DNA of 64,000 nt from an uncultured Chloroflexia bacterium (GCA_963833225.1 CAWHXD010000019.1:885759-949758), one strand, 5' to 3'; counted from the stretch's first letter, positions 21,041-31,250 are shown. A program made the numbers and translations. The notes: generated by a model from the letters alone, not told the origin.

Positions 21041-21613
21041 TCAGTTCAGGAGATGGCCGTTGCGGCGGGGACAGAGGTGGCCCTGCGGATCGAGCGGCTG
21101 GCCGCACAGGGGGCACGGGGGACGCCCGGCGGCCACGACGCGCAGCGCCCGCACGATGAAGGCGCGGATGGCGGCCGGCGTGAGGCGGACCCGGAGGATG
21201 TCGGGCCCATCCTCATCGTCGTCCGCGGCGAAGTCCGGGTCCTCGCCCTCGTCGGCGTCCTCGTCGGCCTCGGTGATCTCGCGGGCCTCGAGCACGACGA
21301 GGCTGTCCGCCGTGTCCCAGCCGATCGACAGCACCCCGACCCGGAACGCCTCGTTGAGGGGCTCGTCGAGGGCGGTGGTGTCGCCGAGCAGCCCGGGAGC
21401 CTCGGCGGCGCCCTCCACGCCACGCCGCTCGAGCTCCTCGAGCAGGTCCCCGAGGCGCTGCGCAAGCGCGGCGACCTGGATCTTCTCGAGGGCAACGGAG
21501 ACGATCCGGTCCCCGTCGCGCGCCTGGAGGAAGAAGGTGCGATTGCCGGGGGCACCCACGGTGCCGGCGACGAAGCGGTCGGGGGTGTCGAACAGGTGGC
21601 GGTGTCGAGGCAT
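21041..21613 (-). CDS. DUF3090 family protein
   Basis: AGTVGAPGNRTFFLQ, EKIQV and GRPPCPLCGQPLDPQGHLCPRRNGH motifs. Confidence 0.88.
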   Translation of the reverse strand: MPRHRHLFDTPDRFVAGTVGAPGNRTFFLQARDGDRIVSVALEKIQVAALAQRLGDLLEELERRGVEGAAEAPGLLGDTTALDEPLNEAFRVGVLSIGWDTADSLVVLEAREITEADEDADEGEDPDFAADDDEDGPDILRVRLTPAAIRAFIVRALRVVAAGRPPCPLCGQPLDPQGHLCPRRNGHLLN

Positions 21614-21641
21614 CAGGAGAGCGAGGGTACCGGAAGCGCGC

Positions 21642-23240
21642 TCAGCCCACCTGCACCGCGATCGAGTGATACCCGCGTGCCCCGTCCGGATCCGGCGGCG
21701 TCACGCGGGCATCCTGGACGACGCCGTTGCCGTCGGTGGAGCGCACCGTGAACGTGTGCCGCCCCGGCACCGCGGTCCAGGCAAACCGCCACTGGACCCA
21801 GGTCTGCGGCCCGAGCGGCGTGGACATGGTCGCCTCCTGCCACTCGCCGTCGTCGACCTGCACCTCCACCTTGGACACTCCCCGGTCCATCGCCCACGCG
21901 ACGCCCGCGACCTGGACGACGTCACCCGCTTGGTGAAGGGCCGAGGGCTTGGGGAGGTCGATCCGGGACTGCGTCAGGACGGGCCCCTCCTTGGCCCAGC
22001 CGCGGGGGACCCAGTAGGAGTCAAAGGCCTCGAGCGTGGTGAGCTCGATCTCGGTGACCCACTTCGTCGCCGACACGTAGCCGTAGAGCCCGGGGACGAT
22101 CAGGCGGGCCGGGAAGCCGTGCACGGCTGGCAGCGGCTCGCCATTCATCTTGACGGCGATCAGCGCGTCCCGCGGGTGGTCGGGATGGGTGACCCACTCG
22201 GTGGGGAACCCGGCGGCCCAGCCATCAACGGATCGCGGCACGATCTGCGTGGCGCCCGCCTGCACGCCGGCCATGTCGAGCACATCGGTGAGCCGGACAC
22301 CGGTCCACTTCGCATTCCCGATCAGGCTGCCGCCGACCTCGTTGCTGACACAGGCGATGGTGACGTAGCGGTCGATCAGCGGCAGCTGCACCAGCTCGTC
22401 GAAGGTGAGGGTGACCTCGTGGTCGACCATGCCGTGGACGTGGAGCGTCCAGGTGTCCACGTCGATGGCCGGGGTGACCAGCGCGGTGTCGATCCGGTAG
22501 AAGTTGTCGTTGGGGATCACGAGCGGCGTCAGGCCGGCGATGTCGAAGCTGTTGTCCGGCATCAGGCTCAACGCCGGGTCGACGGAATCGGGCACGCTCA
22601 CATCGGCGCTGGCCGACTGGGTGGCGCGGCCGTCGAGGATGGCCCGGCCGAAGCCGTAGCCCGCGATGGCGAGCAACCCGAGCCCCCCGGTTCGCACCAG
22701 GAAGCCGCGCCGGGCGGTGTCCGCCGCCGCGGGGGACGCCGCGACAGCCGGTCGCCGGGCGGCCCCCATGAGCAGCTCCAGGACGAGCAGGCCGAGCGCG
22801 ACCTGGGCCAGCGCGGAGATGCCGACGAACGAGAGCGAGGCCGTGGGATCGCGCAGGCTGGCAAGCGCCCCGGCGGCGACGAGCGCCACCACCAGCAGCG
22901 AGCCGAGCGTGGCGGAGCGCCGGGCGACGAGCCCGATCAACGCCCCGAAGGCGAGCGCCGACACCCCGACCAGGAGGTTGAGCGCCAGCTTGTCGTTGAG
23001 ACCGAACAGGCCGACCATCACCTCCTTGGCTCCGGGCGGGGCGAAGTCGATGAGCGCCGTCCCGACCGCGATCAGCGGCGAGGGCGTGCCGGCGGTGATC
23101 GCGGCGACCAGCTCCCCCGCGGCGAGCGCCGCACCGGCCGCGACGAGACCCGCCGCGGCCGCCAGGAGGCGGCCGGGAGCGACAGGAGCGGGTGTGGATC
23201 CCGGAGACCCGGGCTCGGGAGGGGCGGAAGGCTGGCTCAT
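21642..23240 (-). CDS. Membrane-anchored molybdopterin-dependent oxidoreductase (sulfite oxidase family)
   Basis: TM N-terminus, RRGFL twin-Arg-like motif, FYRIDTA, CVSNEVGG, HGFPARLIVPGLYGYVSATKW. Confidence 0.9.
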   Translation of the reverse strand: MSQPSAPPEPGSPGSTPAPVAPGRLLAAAAGLVAAGAALAAGELVAAITAGTPSPLIAVGTALIDFAPPGAKEVMVGLFGLNDKLALNLLVGVSALAFGALIGLVARRSATLGSLLVVALVAAGALASLRDPTASLSFVGISALAQVALGLLVLELLMGAARRPAVAASPAAADTARRGFLVRTGGLGLLAIAGYGFGRAILDGRATQSASADVSVPDSVDPALSLMPDNSFDIAGLTPLVIPNDNFYRIDTALVTPAIDVDTWTLHVHGMVDHEVTLTFDELVQLPLIDRYVTIACVSNEVGGSLIGNAKWTGVRLTDVLDMAGVQAGATQIVPRSVDGWAAGFPTEWVTHPDHPRDALIAVKMNGEPLPAVHGFPARLIVPGLYGYVSATKWVTEIELTTLEAFDSYWVPRGWAKEGPVLTQSRIDLPKPSALHQAGDVVQVAGVAWAMDRGVSKVEVQVDDGEWQEATMSTPLGPQTWVQWRFAWTAVPGRHTFTVRSTDGNGVVQDARVTPPDPDGARGYHSIAVQVG

Positions 23241-23253
23241 CGGTCACCGTCTG

Positions 23254-23279
23254 TTCGTCGCCGGCACGCGGCCGGATCG
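23254..23279 (-). promoter_or_regulatory. Putative SigK/ECF19-type promoter
   Basis: CGATCC-N16-CGAA ending 13 nt before the ATG. Confidence 0.5.
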
Positions 23280-23371
23280 CTTGGCGGCCCGGGGCGGACC
23301 CGGGCACGCGCCCATCGTGCCCCCCGCCCGTGACGGGTTGGTGACGCCGGCCGCCCGTTGCCGCCGTGGTG

Positions 23372-24403
23372 CTAGGCGCGGACCTCCTGGCGCAGGAAGA
23401 GCACGTAGGCCAGGGCGAACATCGCCGCCGTCAGCGCGACCAGCAGCACGATCTGTGGCCACACCACCAGGATCGACTGGTCGAGCGACAAGAGCGTCGG
23501 CAGCGCCTCCTTCTGGCTGATCGCCTGGCCGACGGTGCCGGGGCCCAGGACGCTGGCGATCGAGGGGTTGAGAATCGCGACCTGGATATCGTTGTAGAGC
23601 TGGGCGGGCGAGAGCCTGAGGAACAGCTGCTGCGCGGACGAGGCCGCGAACAGCTCGGTGTAGTTCGCGCTGCCGGCCGTGGGGAACAGGGTGCTCGCGA
23701 GGATCGGCAGCAGGATCCCGCCCAGCAGCGTGAGGCCAAGCCACGATCCGAACCCCACCAGCGCCGCCGATGCGGCCCCGCGGATGACCACCGACAGGAG
23801 CAGCGCGAACGCCAGCCAGAACGAGGCGTAGAGGGTGGTCGCCAGCAGCCACACGACGATCCGGGCGATCTCCTCGGGGCTTGGGATGATCCCCAGCCGC
23901 ATGATCCCGGCCGCCGCCACGAACATCACGAGCACGCCGAGCATCAGCCCGATGACCGCGATCCCGCCCGCGAACTTGCCGTTCACCACGTCGTCCCGGT
24001 GGACGGGCTGGGCGAGCAGCCTCGGCAGGGTGCCCTGGTTGCGCTCGCTGTTGATCGCGTCGAACCCGAACGCGATCCCGACCAGGGGCACCAGCAGGGC
24101 CACCAGGCTCACCGTGGTCAATCCGCCGATCTGGTTCGAGCCGATCACGAACAGCGCCACGAACAGCGCCTTGGCTCCCGAGATCTCGGGAGCCCGGGCG
24201 CTGAAGTCGCTCGAGATGAAGATCAGCGGGACCACCGCGGCCACGGCCACGACGAGCAGCAGGACGAAGAACCGGATGCTGGACAGGTGGTCCGCCAGCT
24301 CCTTGGCGGCGATCGTGCGCCAGCCCCCCGACGGGGCCCGTTCCGAGCGTCGGGCCTTGCGGATCGCGTCCGCGCGGCGGGACGTGTCAGCGGATGCGGC
24401 CAT
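23372..24403 (-). CDS. ABC-2 type transporter permease
   Basis: GFDAINSERNQGTLPRLLAQPV, NGKF and multiple TM segments. Confidence 0.88.
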   Translation of the reverse strand: MAASADTSRRADAIRKARRSERAPSGGWRTIAAKELADHLSSIRFFVLLLVVAVAAVVPLIFISSDFSARAPEISGAKALFVALFVIGSNQIGGLTTVSLVALLVPLVGIAFGFDAINSERNQGTLPRLLAQPVHRDDVVNGKFAGGIAVIGLMLGVLVMFVAAAGIMRLGIIPSPEEIARIVVWLLATTLYASFWLAFALLLSVVIRGAASAALVGFGSWLGLTLLGGILLPILASTLFPTAGSANYTELFAASSAQQLFLRLSPAQLYNDIQVAILNPSIASVLGPGTVGQAISQKEALPTLLSLDQSILVVWPQIVLLVALTAAMFALAYVLFLRQEVRA

Positions 24404-25508
24404 CGCTGTCCTCCGGGACGTACTTGCGGTAGAGGTCCATCAGGTCGGTGCCGCGACGGCGCAGGTGGGTCAGTGTCAGGCCCGCGGCGGACAGGGCGCC
24501 GGCCAGCGGCGCCGCGACGTCGTGAGCGGCGGTCACGATCCGCAGCCGCTCCTCGCGCTCGTCGGGGGCGACCGACGTGACGCCCGGAACCGCGAGCGCG
24601 ACCGGGTCGATCGACGCCGGCTCCCCTTCGATCGCGACCTCCAGCTGGACGGCCTGGTCGGCGCCACCGGCGAGCTCGGCCAGGGGACCGGAGGCGATCA
24701 GCCGGCCGGCGCTGAAGAAGCCGACCCGATCGCAGAGCGACTGGACCTGGCCCAGGATGTGCGACGAGAGCAGCACGGTGAGGTCATGCTCCTTGACCAG
24801 GCGCCGGAGCATCGCGAGCAGCTCCTCCACGCCCGACGGGTCGATCGCGATCGTGGGCTCGTCCAGGATCAGCACGGTCGGGCTCTTGACCAGCGCGTCG
24901 GCGATGCCCAGCCGCTGGCGCATGCCGCGCGAGTACTGGTCCGCCCGCTTGTCGGCGGCGTCCACGAGGCGGACCTCGTGCAGCAGCTCGTCGATGCGGG
25001 CCTCCGCCTCGCCGCGGGGCATCCCGTTGAGCTTGGCCGTGTAGCGCAGGTTCTCGCGGCCGGTGAGGTTCGGGTAGAAGCCGACGTTGTCGGGCAGGTA
25101 GCCGACCTGGCGCTTGACCGCCAGCGGCTCGCGCGTCGGATCGAGCCCCACGACCCGCACCACACCCCGCGTGGGGTCGGTGAGGCCCAGGAGCATCAGC
25201 ACCGTGGTCGTCTTGCCCGCGCCGTTGGGTCCCAGCAGGCCGAACACCTCGCCCCGCCGGATGGTGAGGTCCAGCCGGTCGACGGCGGTGAACTCGCCGT
25301 ACTGCTTGGTCAGCCGCCGCGCGACGATGACGGCGTCGTCCGGGACGTCGGCCAGGACCTCCGCGACCGTGACCCGGCGCTTGGTCCGCGGCTTCTCCCG
25401 GCCGCCCGTGTCCCCGCCGCGCCCCCGATCGGGAGGGGCAACCTCCCAGGGCCGGACCGGCCGCTTGCCGTCGCTGCCGGCGGACACCGTGGTCCGCTCG
25501 TCGGTCAT
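24387..25508 (-). CDS. ABC transporter ATP-binding protein
   Basis: GPNGAGKTT, YSRGMRQR, LDEPT and SSH motifs. Confidence 0.92.
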   Translation of the reverse strand: MTDERTTVSAGSDGKRPVRPWEVAPPDRGRGGDTGGREKPRTKRRVTVAEVLADVPDDAVIVARRLTKQYGEFTAVDRLDLTIRRGEVFGLLGPNGAGKTTTVLMLLGLTDPTRGVVRVVGLDPTREPLAVKRQVGYLPDNVGFYPNLTGRENLRYTAKLNGMPRGEAEARIDELLHEVRLVDAADKRADQYSRGMRQRLGIADALVKSPTVLILDEPTIAIDPSGVEELLAMLRRLVKEHDLTVLLSSHILGQVQSLCDRVGFFSAGRLIASGPLAELAGGADQAVQLEVAIEGEPASIDPVALAVPGVTSVAPDEREERLRIVTAAHDVAAPLAGALSAAGLTLTHLRRRGTDLMDLYRKYVPEDSDGRIR

Positions 25509-25513
25509 GTCGG

Positions 25514-26701
25514 CTACCGCCGACCGTAGGTCCGGAACACCCACCACAGGCCGACGAACACGGCGGCGATCAGGGCGAGCCCGGCGATCCACCAGAAGGC
25601 CGGCGTGTCGACCTTGACCCGGATGGTGACGTTGCCGCTCGCCTCGGCGGCGGTCGCGGTCATGGTGACGTTGTAGTCGCCGGTGATCGCGTCGCCGGTC
25701 GGCGTGATCTTGGCCGTGACGGTCGCGCTGTCGCCGGGGGCGATCGTCGGCACGCTGTCCTGGTCGAACTCGACCTTCCAGCCGGTGGGGGCACTGGCCG
25801 TGGGCTTCACGACGGTGAGGGGTGCCGTCCCGGTGTTGGTGAACGTGAGCGGGAAGTCGGTCGTGGTTCCAGCGTTGGCGGTCGTGGACAGGACCGAGTT
25901 GGGCGTGGAGACGCTGATGGAGTAGCTGCCGGTCACGGTGACCTTGAGGTCCGCCGTGGCGGTCCGGTCGCCGCCGGTCACGGTGACGTTGATGTCCGAG
26001 GTGCCCGCGTCGACTCCCGCCGGCGGCGTGGCGGTGACCGTGATCGTGGAGGTGCCGCCCGCGGTGACGAGGGTGCTGGTGGCCTGTGCCTGGCTGGCGG
26101 GCTTGGCGGTGACGGTCCAGCCGTCGGGCCCGGTGGCCGCGATCGCAAACGTGGTCTCGGTGGCAGTGCCGTTGCGGAGCGTGAGGGTGAACGAGAAGGT
26201 GCTCGACGCCGGGCCGCGCAGCTCGGGGAAGTCCGAGGTGAGGGTGACATCGCCGCCCACCTTGGCCTCGGTCCGGACGGTCAGTGGCAGCACCGTTGTG
26301 CCCTGCGGTCCCGTGGCCTCGACCCGGAAGGTGGAGGTCCCGGAGGCGGCGTCCTTGGGGATGGCGACGTTAAGGGTGACGTCGACGGGATTGCCCTTGG
26401 TCACGTACGCGCCAGCGACGACCAGGCCACCCCCGGCGAACCGCGCGGTCCAGCCCGTCGGCACGCCCGCCGCCGCGAGCTTGACCTCGCCGTCCTGGTT
26501 GGAGTCGAGCGTCACCTTGAACGAGGCCGTGGATCCAGGCTCGGCGACGATCGAGGGGAACGGCGTGCTCACGGACAGGCCGGATGCCGCCGCCACCAGC
26601 GGGGCGACAGGACCGGCCACCAGGCCGAGGACAGCAAGCAGCAGGGCGGCCCGGGCCGCAAGGCGCGTACGACCCGGGTTCCGGGAGGCGCGATCCGACA
26701 T
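25514..26701 (-). CDS. NEW3 domain (Ig-like) membrane-anchored protein associated with the ABC exporter
   Basis: Signal peptide; three beta-rich repeats (PTGW, PDGW, PTGW); NTGTAPL; C-terminal TM ending YGRR. Confidence 0.8.
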   Translation of the reverse strand: MSDRASRNPGRTRLAARAALLLAVLGLVAGPVAPLVAAASGLSVSTPFPSIVAEPGSTASFKVTLDSNQDGEVKLAAAGVPTGWTARFAGGGLVVAGAYVTKGNPVDVTLNVAIPKDAASGTSTFRVEATGPQGTTVLPLTVRTEAKVGGDVTLTSDFPELRGPASSTFSFTLTLRNGTATETTFAIAATGPDGWTVTAKPASQAQATSTLVTAGGTSTITVTATPPAGVDAGTSDINVTVTGGDRTATADLKVTVTGSYSISVSTPNSVLSTTANAGTTTDFPLTFTNTGTAPLTVVKPTASAPTGWKVEFDQDSVPTIAPGDSATVTAKITPTGDAITGDYNVTMTATAAEASGNVTIRVKVDTPAFWWIAGLALIAAVFVGLWWVFRTYGRR

Positions 26702-26850
26702 GGCGTGACTCCGAGGTGTGTCAGGGAGGTGGCTCAAATGCCCGGCGGCCGCCAGCGTGGCGTGCCGGGCCATGTGGAGGATGATATGGCGGATCACCTG
26801 AGAGGCTGCTGAGAGCCGGCGGTCCGCGCGCGGGTCGGACCAGGGAACGG

Positions 26851-29697
26851 TCAGACCGGCGGCGGTGTCGGCGTCGGCGTGGCCGGTGTCGGCGTCGGCG
26901 TGGCCGGTGTCGGCGTTGGCGTGGCGGGCTTGGGCGTCGGCGTGGCCGGTGGCGGCGTCGGCGTCGGCGTGGCCGGTGGCGGCGTCGGTGTGGCCGGTGG
27001 CGGGCTGGGCGTGTCCGTCGGGGACGGCTCGGTCGAGGCGGACTCGGACGGTGACGGGCACACGATCGGCGTGGCCAGCGGGTCCACGGTGGCCAGCGGA
27101 TCCACAGTCGCCAGCGGATCCGGCGGGGCGCACGGGTCGACCGTCGGGCTGGGCGTGGGCGTGGCGCACCCGGAACCCTCACCGAGCAGCGGTCCCCACG
27201 AGCGGCCGTACGGCGTGAACACGCCGTTGTAGAAGTACGCGGTGCGGGTGCCTTTGGGGCCGCCGGCACGCCCCGGGCCCTTGGCGGCCCGCGCCAGCCA
27301 GCCGCGGTCGGCCTCCAGCCAGTTGGCGTGCTCGCTCTCGAAGCCGGCCACCGCAAGCACGGGCTCGCCGCAGCGCTGGTCCGCGGGCAGGGCACCGCCG
27401 GGCGCCGTGCCGGGCAGGAACAGCTCGGTCACGCCGTTGCCGCCGGTGGCCCGCAGCCCCGTCCATGGATCCACTGCCACCGCCTGGAGGGAGCCTGGCA
27501 CCTTGAAGCCGTTCACGGACCAGCCCTTCGTCGCCTCCTGCAGGAAGCCCTGCCAGACGTAGGTCGACACGTCGATCGAGAACACCGGGTGGGCGGCCGT
27601 GGACACCAGCGAGTTGTCGGAGTTGCCGTTCCAGACACCAACGGCCAGCGCGTACTCGCCCTGCTTCCGCTCGGCCTTGCTGGGCGCCCCGATGTAGCCG
27701 TAGGCGTTGAGGTCGCGGGCATCGTTGTTGGTGCCGGTCTTGAGCGTGGCCGGCCGTCGCTTGCCGCCGTCGGTGATCCGGAACTGGCCCCAGTACGGGT
27801 TCTGTGAGGGATCCGTGTTGCCGGCCAGGATGTCGGTCATGATGCCCGCGGTTCCCTCGTCGATGGCCTGCGTGGTCACGCGGCTGGCGGCGTCGTCGAG
27901 GATCGAGGTCCCCGTGTTGTCGACCACGTCGATGATCGTCGTCTGGGGCACCAGCTTGCCGCCGTTCGCGAGGACGCCGTAGGCACGCACGAGGTCCTTG
28001 GGATGGACCTCCTCGACACCCAGGGCAAAGGCGAGGCCGGCATCGGTCGGGCCGCCGGCGAACGTGACCCCCATGGACTCGGCCTTGGCCTGGATCGTGT
28101 TGGTGCCGATGACGGCGACGGCCTTGACCGCGGGGATGTTGAGCGAGAAGCGCAGGGCGTCGCGCATGCGGACCGGCCCACGCTCCAGCGGGTCCGCGTC
28201 CTGGGGCGTGTACCCGCCGCCGAAGTCCGTGACCACGTCCATGAACATGGTGGCGCCGGTGATGACCTTGGCGTCGATGCCGGTGGCGTACACGACCGGC
28301 TTGAACGCGGACCCGGGCTGGCGCCAACCGTCGGCGAGCACGTCGAACCGTGGCTGGAACCGTTTCGTGGCCCTGGTCGCGGTGGGATCGGCCGAGCCCT
28401 GGTAGGCCACGATCTCGCCGGTCTGGTAGTCCATCGCGATCAGGGCGCTGTTGCGCAGGCTCTTGTTGGCGAGGTTGGCCATCCACGGCTCGTAGCTGAG
28501 CCCGAGGGCCCGCGCGGTCGCCTTGGGGTTCTTGGCCTTGGGCACGATCGCGGCCGCCTTGACCCACTTCTCGGCGATGCCCTGGAGGCGCATGTCGATG
28601 GTCGAGGTGATGGTGAGACCGCCGCGCTCGAGGACGGGACAGGTCTCCGCCTCATCGCCGCACAGGCGGGTCGTCAGCTCGCGCCGGACCTGCCACACGA
28701 ACTGGGGAACCTTCCACTGGTTCGAGCGCTGGGGCGCGAGCATCACCTTCTCGGCCTTGGCGGCCGCGAAGTCGTCGGCGGTGAGCAGTCCGCCGGTCAG
28801 CGGCGTGCCTCCAGGGGCGGCCATCTGGTCGAGCACCAGGTTGCGCCGGATGACGATCGTCGAGTCGGCCGGCACGACGAGCTGGGTCTCGTCGCAGGTC
28901 TCCGGGTCGGCGGCCGGATCCACGCACTCGGTGACCGCGTTCGCGACGAGGTCGTAGGTGGACGGCGACTTGGGGAGCGCCGCGATGATCGCGGCCTGCG
29001 CGAGCGTGAGGTCCTGCAGCGCCACCCCGAAGTAGCCCCTGGCCGCGGCCGCCACCCCGTACGAGTCGTTGCCGTAGTAGTTCTGGTTGAGGTAGGCGGC
29101 CAGGATCCGCTGTTTGCCCGCCTCGCCCGGGTAGGCCTGCGTGACCCGGATCGACTGGATGATCTCGCGCAGCTTGCGGCTTGCCGTGACCTGGGTCTGG
29201 GCGCTGCTGTCCTCGGTCAGCAGCCGCTGGCGGACCAGCTGCTGGGTGATCGTGGACGCGCCTCGCGGGCGCCCGCGGATGGCGTCCAGTCCCGCGGCGA
29301 TGATCCCGACCGGGTCGAACCCGCTGTTCTCCCAGAACGTGCGGTCCTCGATGGCGGTTGTCGCGTCAGCCAGGATCGGCGGCACGTCCGCGAAGGAGAC
29401 CACGAGGCGGTTGAACTCCCCGAAGCGGGCGAGCTCCACGGTGCCGGTGCGGTCGTACACGACCGACTGCTCGGGCAGCTCGATGCGTTCCAGGACGCCC
29501 GGTTCCGGCAGGTCCGCGGCCAGCGAGGTGTAGGTGGTGACCGCGAACGCCGCCCCCGTGACCCCGAGGGCGACGAAGGCGGCGAAGACCACGAGGCCCA
29601 TGGTCGCCGCAACGCCGATCCCCGAGCGTCGTCGGCGGGGCCGGTCATCGGAACGGCGATCGTCGGAAAACGGGTAGCCGCCCGGGTCGTAGCTCAT
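26851..29697 (-). CDS. Class A penicillin-binding protein (transglycosylase/transpeptidase)
   Basis: EDRTF, GASTITQQL, RKLRE and YLN; SAFK, SLN and KTGT; Pro/Thr-rich tail. Confidence 0.93.
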   Translation of the reverse strand: MSYDPGGYPFSDDRRSDDRPRRRRSGIGVAATMGLVVFAAFVALGVTGAAFAVTTYTSLAADLPEPGVLERIELPEQSVVYDRTGTVELARFGEFNRLVVSFADVPPILADATTAIEDRTFWENSGFDPVGIIAAGLDAIRGRPRGASTITQQLVRQRLLTEDSSAQTQVTASRKLREIIQSIRVTQAYPGEAGKQRILAAYLNQNYYGNDSYGVAAAARGYFGVALQDLTLAQAAIIAALPKSPSTYDLVANAVTECVDPAADPETCDETQLVVPADSTIVIRRNLVLDQMAAPGGTPLTGGLLTADDFAAAKAEKVMLAPQRSNQWKVPQFVWQVRRELTTRLCGDEAETCPVLERGGLTITSTIDMRLQGIAEKWVKAAAIVPKAKNPKATARALGLSYEPWMANLANKSLRNSALIAMDYQTGEIVAYQGSADPTATRATKRFQPRFDVLADGWRQPGSAFKPVVYATGIDAKVITGATMFMDVVTDFGGGYTPQDADPLERGPVRMRDALRFSLNIPAVKAVAVIGTNTIQAKAESMGVTFAGGPTDAGLAFALGVEEVHPKDLVRAYGVLANGGKLVPQTTIIDVVDNTGTSILDDAASRVTTQAIDEGTAGIMTDILAGNTDPSQNPYWGQFRITDGGKRRPATLKTGTNNDARDLNAYGYIGAPSKAERKQGEYALAVGVWNGNSDNSLVSTAAHPVFSIDVSTYVWQGFLQEATKGWSVNGFKVPGSLQAVAVDPWTGLRATGGNGVTELFLPGTAPGGALPADQRCGEPVLAVAGFESEHANWLEADRGWLARAAKGPGRAGGPKGTRTAYFYNGVFTPYGRSWGPLLGEGSGCATPTPSPTVDPCAPPDPLATVDPLATVDPLATPIVCPSPSESASTEPSPTDTPSPPPATPTPPPATPTPTPPPATPTPKPATPTPTPATPTPTPATPTPTPPPV
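26857..27003 (-). repeat. Coding low-complexity PATPTPT repeats in the PBP tail
   Basis: Tandem 21-nt-type units such as GGCGTGGCCGGTGTCGGCGTC. Confidence 0.8.
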
Positions 29698-29742
29698 GGC
29701 TGGGAGTGTGCGGTGAAACGGCGGATCGTGCCACCGGGACCG

Positions 29743-30291
29743 CTACGGCGTGTCGAGATCGAACACCAGCTCGTCGCCATCGATCTCGTCCACCTGCGTG
29801 CCGACCTGTCGGAAGCCGAACGAGCGGACGATCGCGAGCGAGGCCACGTTGTCCGGGGCGACCGAGGCGCGGAAGTGGTGGGTCCCCATCGACTCTGCCC
29901 ACGCGAGCAGCGCGCCGACGCACTCGGTCGCGACGCCGCGCCGCCGGAACGCGGCCTCCACGCGATAGCCGATCTCCACCCGGCCGGTCTCGTCCGGCGG
30001 CGCGTGGAACCCGATCGTGCCGATCACCTCGCGACGACCGTCGGGGTGGGTCATCACGATGGACCGACCCAGCCACGGCTGGCTCGCGGGGTCGGCCTTG
30101 ACGGCCGGGATCCGGTAGGCGAGGAAGTTGGCAAGATCCTCGCGCATCCCGCTCGAAAGCTCGGCACCCAATTCGCGGGCGGCCGAGTCGAGGTCGCCCG
30201 CGGCGAGGGCCTGCATGAACGCGAGCGACATCGACACGAGCTCGAACCGCGCGGTTCGGATCGCGGGGACGCGGGGCGGGCGTGACTCCAT
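29743..30291 (-). CDS. RimJ/RimL-type GNAT acetyltransferase
   Basis: VEIGYRV, FRRRGVATE and DNVASLAIVRSFGF motifs. Confidence 0.87.
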   Translation of the reverse strand: MESRPPRVPAIRTARFELVSMSLAFMQALAAGDLDSAARELGAELSSGMREDLANFLAYRIPAVKADPASQPWLGRSIVMTHPDGRREVIGTIGFHAPPDETGRVEIGYRVEAAFRRRGVATECVGALLAWAESMGTHHFRASVAPDNVASLAIVRSFGFRQVGTQVDEIDGDELVFDLDTP

Positions 30292-30315
30292 GCCGGCGAG
30301 GATACCGGCCGCGAC

Positions 30316-30888
30316 TCACGGATTCGAGGGGCTGATCGATCGGACCCCCGGGTCCGACGTCCTGACTGTCAGCGACTTCCGGTAGCGGATCTCCACGACC
30401 TCGCGGCCGCCGATCTCGACCGTCTTGGCCCGGCCGTCGGCCAGCCACCCGCTCGCCTCGTAGAAGGCGCGGCCGCGCGTGTTGTCCCGCAGCACCCACA
30501 GCAGCGCCTCGCGGAACCCGGCCTCGACGAGCAGGGCCTCGGCCCTCGCCATCAGCACGGAGCCCACGCCGGATCGCCAGCGCTCCGGCGACACGTACAG
30601 GGCCTGGACCTCGCCCAATCCGGGGAGGTCCTCGTCGCGGCACGGGCTGATGCTGACCATCCCCACCACGCGGTCGTCATCGACGGCGATCCAGGTGGCC
30701 GGGTCCCCGGGGCCCAGGCGGTCGAAGGTGTACCGCGCTGCCCGGGCAGCCACGTCCATCGCGTCGAGGAACGGATCAGGGACGACGCCCCGGTATGCCG
30801 TCTGCCACGTTGCGACATGCATCCGGGCCACCGCGAGCGCGTCCGCGCCGGTTGCTCGCCGCAGCGTCGGGGGAACCGGCTTCGTCAT
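30316..30888 (-). CDS. GNAT family N-acetyltransferase
   Basis: HVATWQTAYRG, ALYV...WRSGVGSVL and NTRGRAFYEASGW motifs. Confidence 0.85.
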   Translation of the reverse strand: MTKPVPPTLRRATGADALAVARMHVATWQTAYRGVVPDPFLDAMDVAARAARYTFDRLGPGDPATWIAVDDDRVVGMVSISPCRDEDLPGLGEVQALYVSPERWRSGVGSVLMARAEALLVEAGFREALLWVLRDNTRGRAFYEASGWLADGRAKTVEIGGREVVEIRYRKSLTVRTSDPGVRSISPSNP

Positions 30889-30980
30889 GCCCGCATTGTC
30901 CCCGAACAGCAATGCAGGGTGGCAGCGTTGACGCCGCCACCCTGCGAATCCGGGGTGAGCCGGGATCAGGTGAGCCGAGA

Positions 30981-31215
30981 TCAGGTGAGGCGGACCCAGC
31001 GGACCGGGGTCTCGACAAGCTCGCGGTACTGCTCGCGCAGGTCCACCTCGGAGTGCCGCGAGGGCACCTGCGCCCGGGTGATCCGGGCCGGCCCTCGGCG
31101 CGGGTCCGCGCGAGGAGCCTGATCCGGCGGATGGCGGACCAACCGGCCGCCCGACCAGCTCATGGCGCAGGATCGCCAGGATCTTGTTGCCCGCTACTGC
31201 GTTCGTGCCGACCAT
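30981..31215 (-). CDS. Small hypothetical protein divergent from MarR (probable frameshift)
   Basis: GGAGGACAGGACAG-ATG start at 31215 (MVGTNAVAGNKILAIL...). A plausible C-terminus (DLREQYRELVETPVRWVRLT) is in another frame. Confidence 0.45.
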
Positions 31216-31250
31216 CTGTCCTGTCCTCCGTCGCTTCCGGGCGACATCGC

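Noticed and set aside
8515-30285. Long antisense ORFs (8515..10593, 21060..23333, 28003..30285 and similar)
   Set aside because: Shadow ORFs typical of high-GC DNA, lying opposite well-supported genes and lacking motifs.
30954-30989. 15-bp tandem repeat GGTGAGCCG(G/A)GATCA
   Set aside because: Only about 2.4 copies around a stop codon; likely a local duplication with no evident function.
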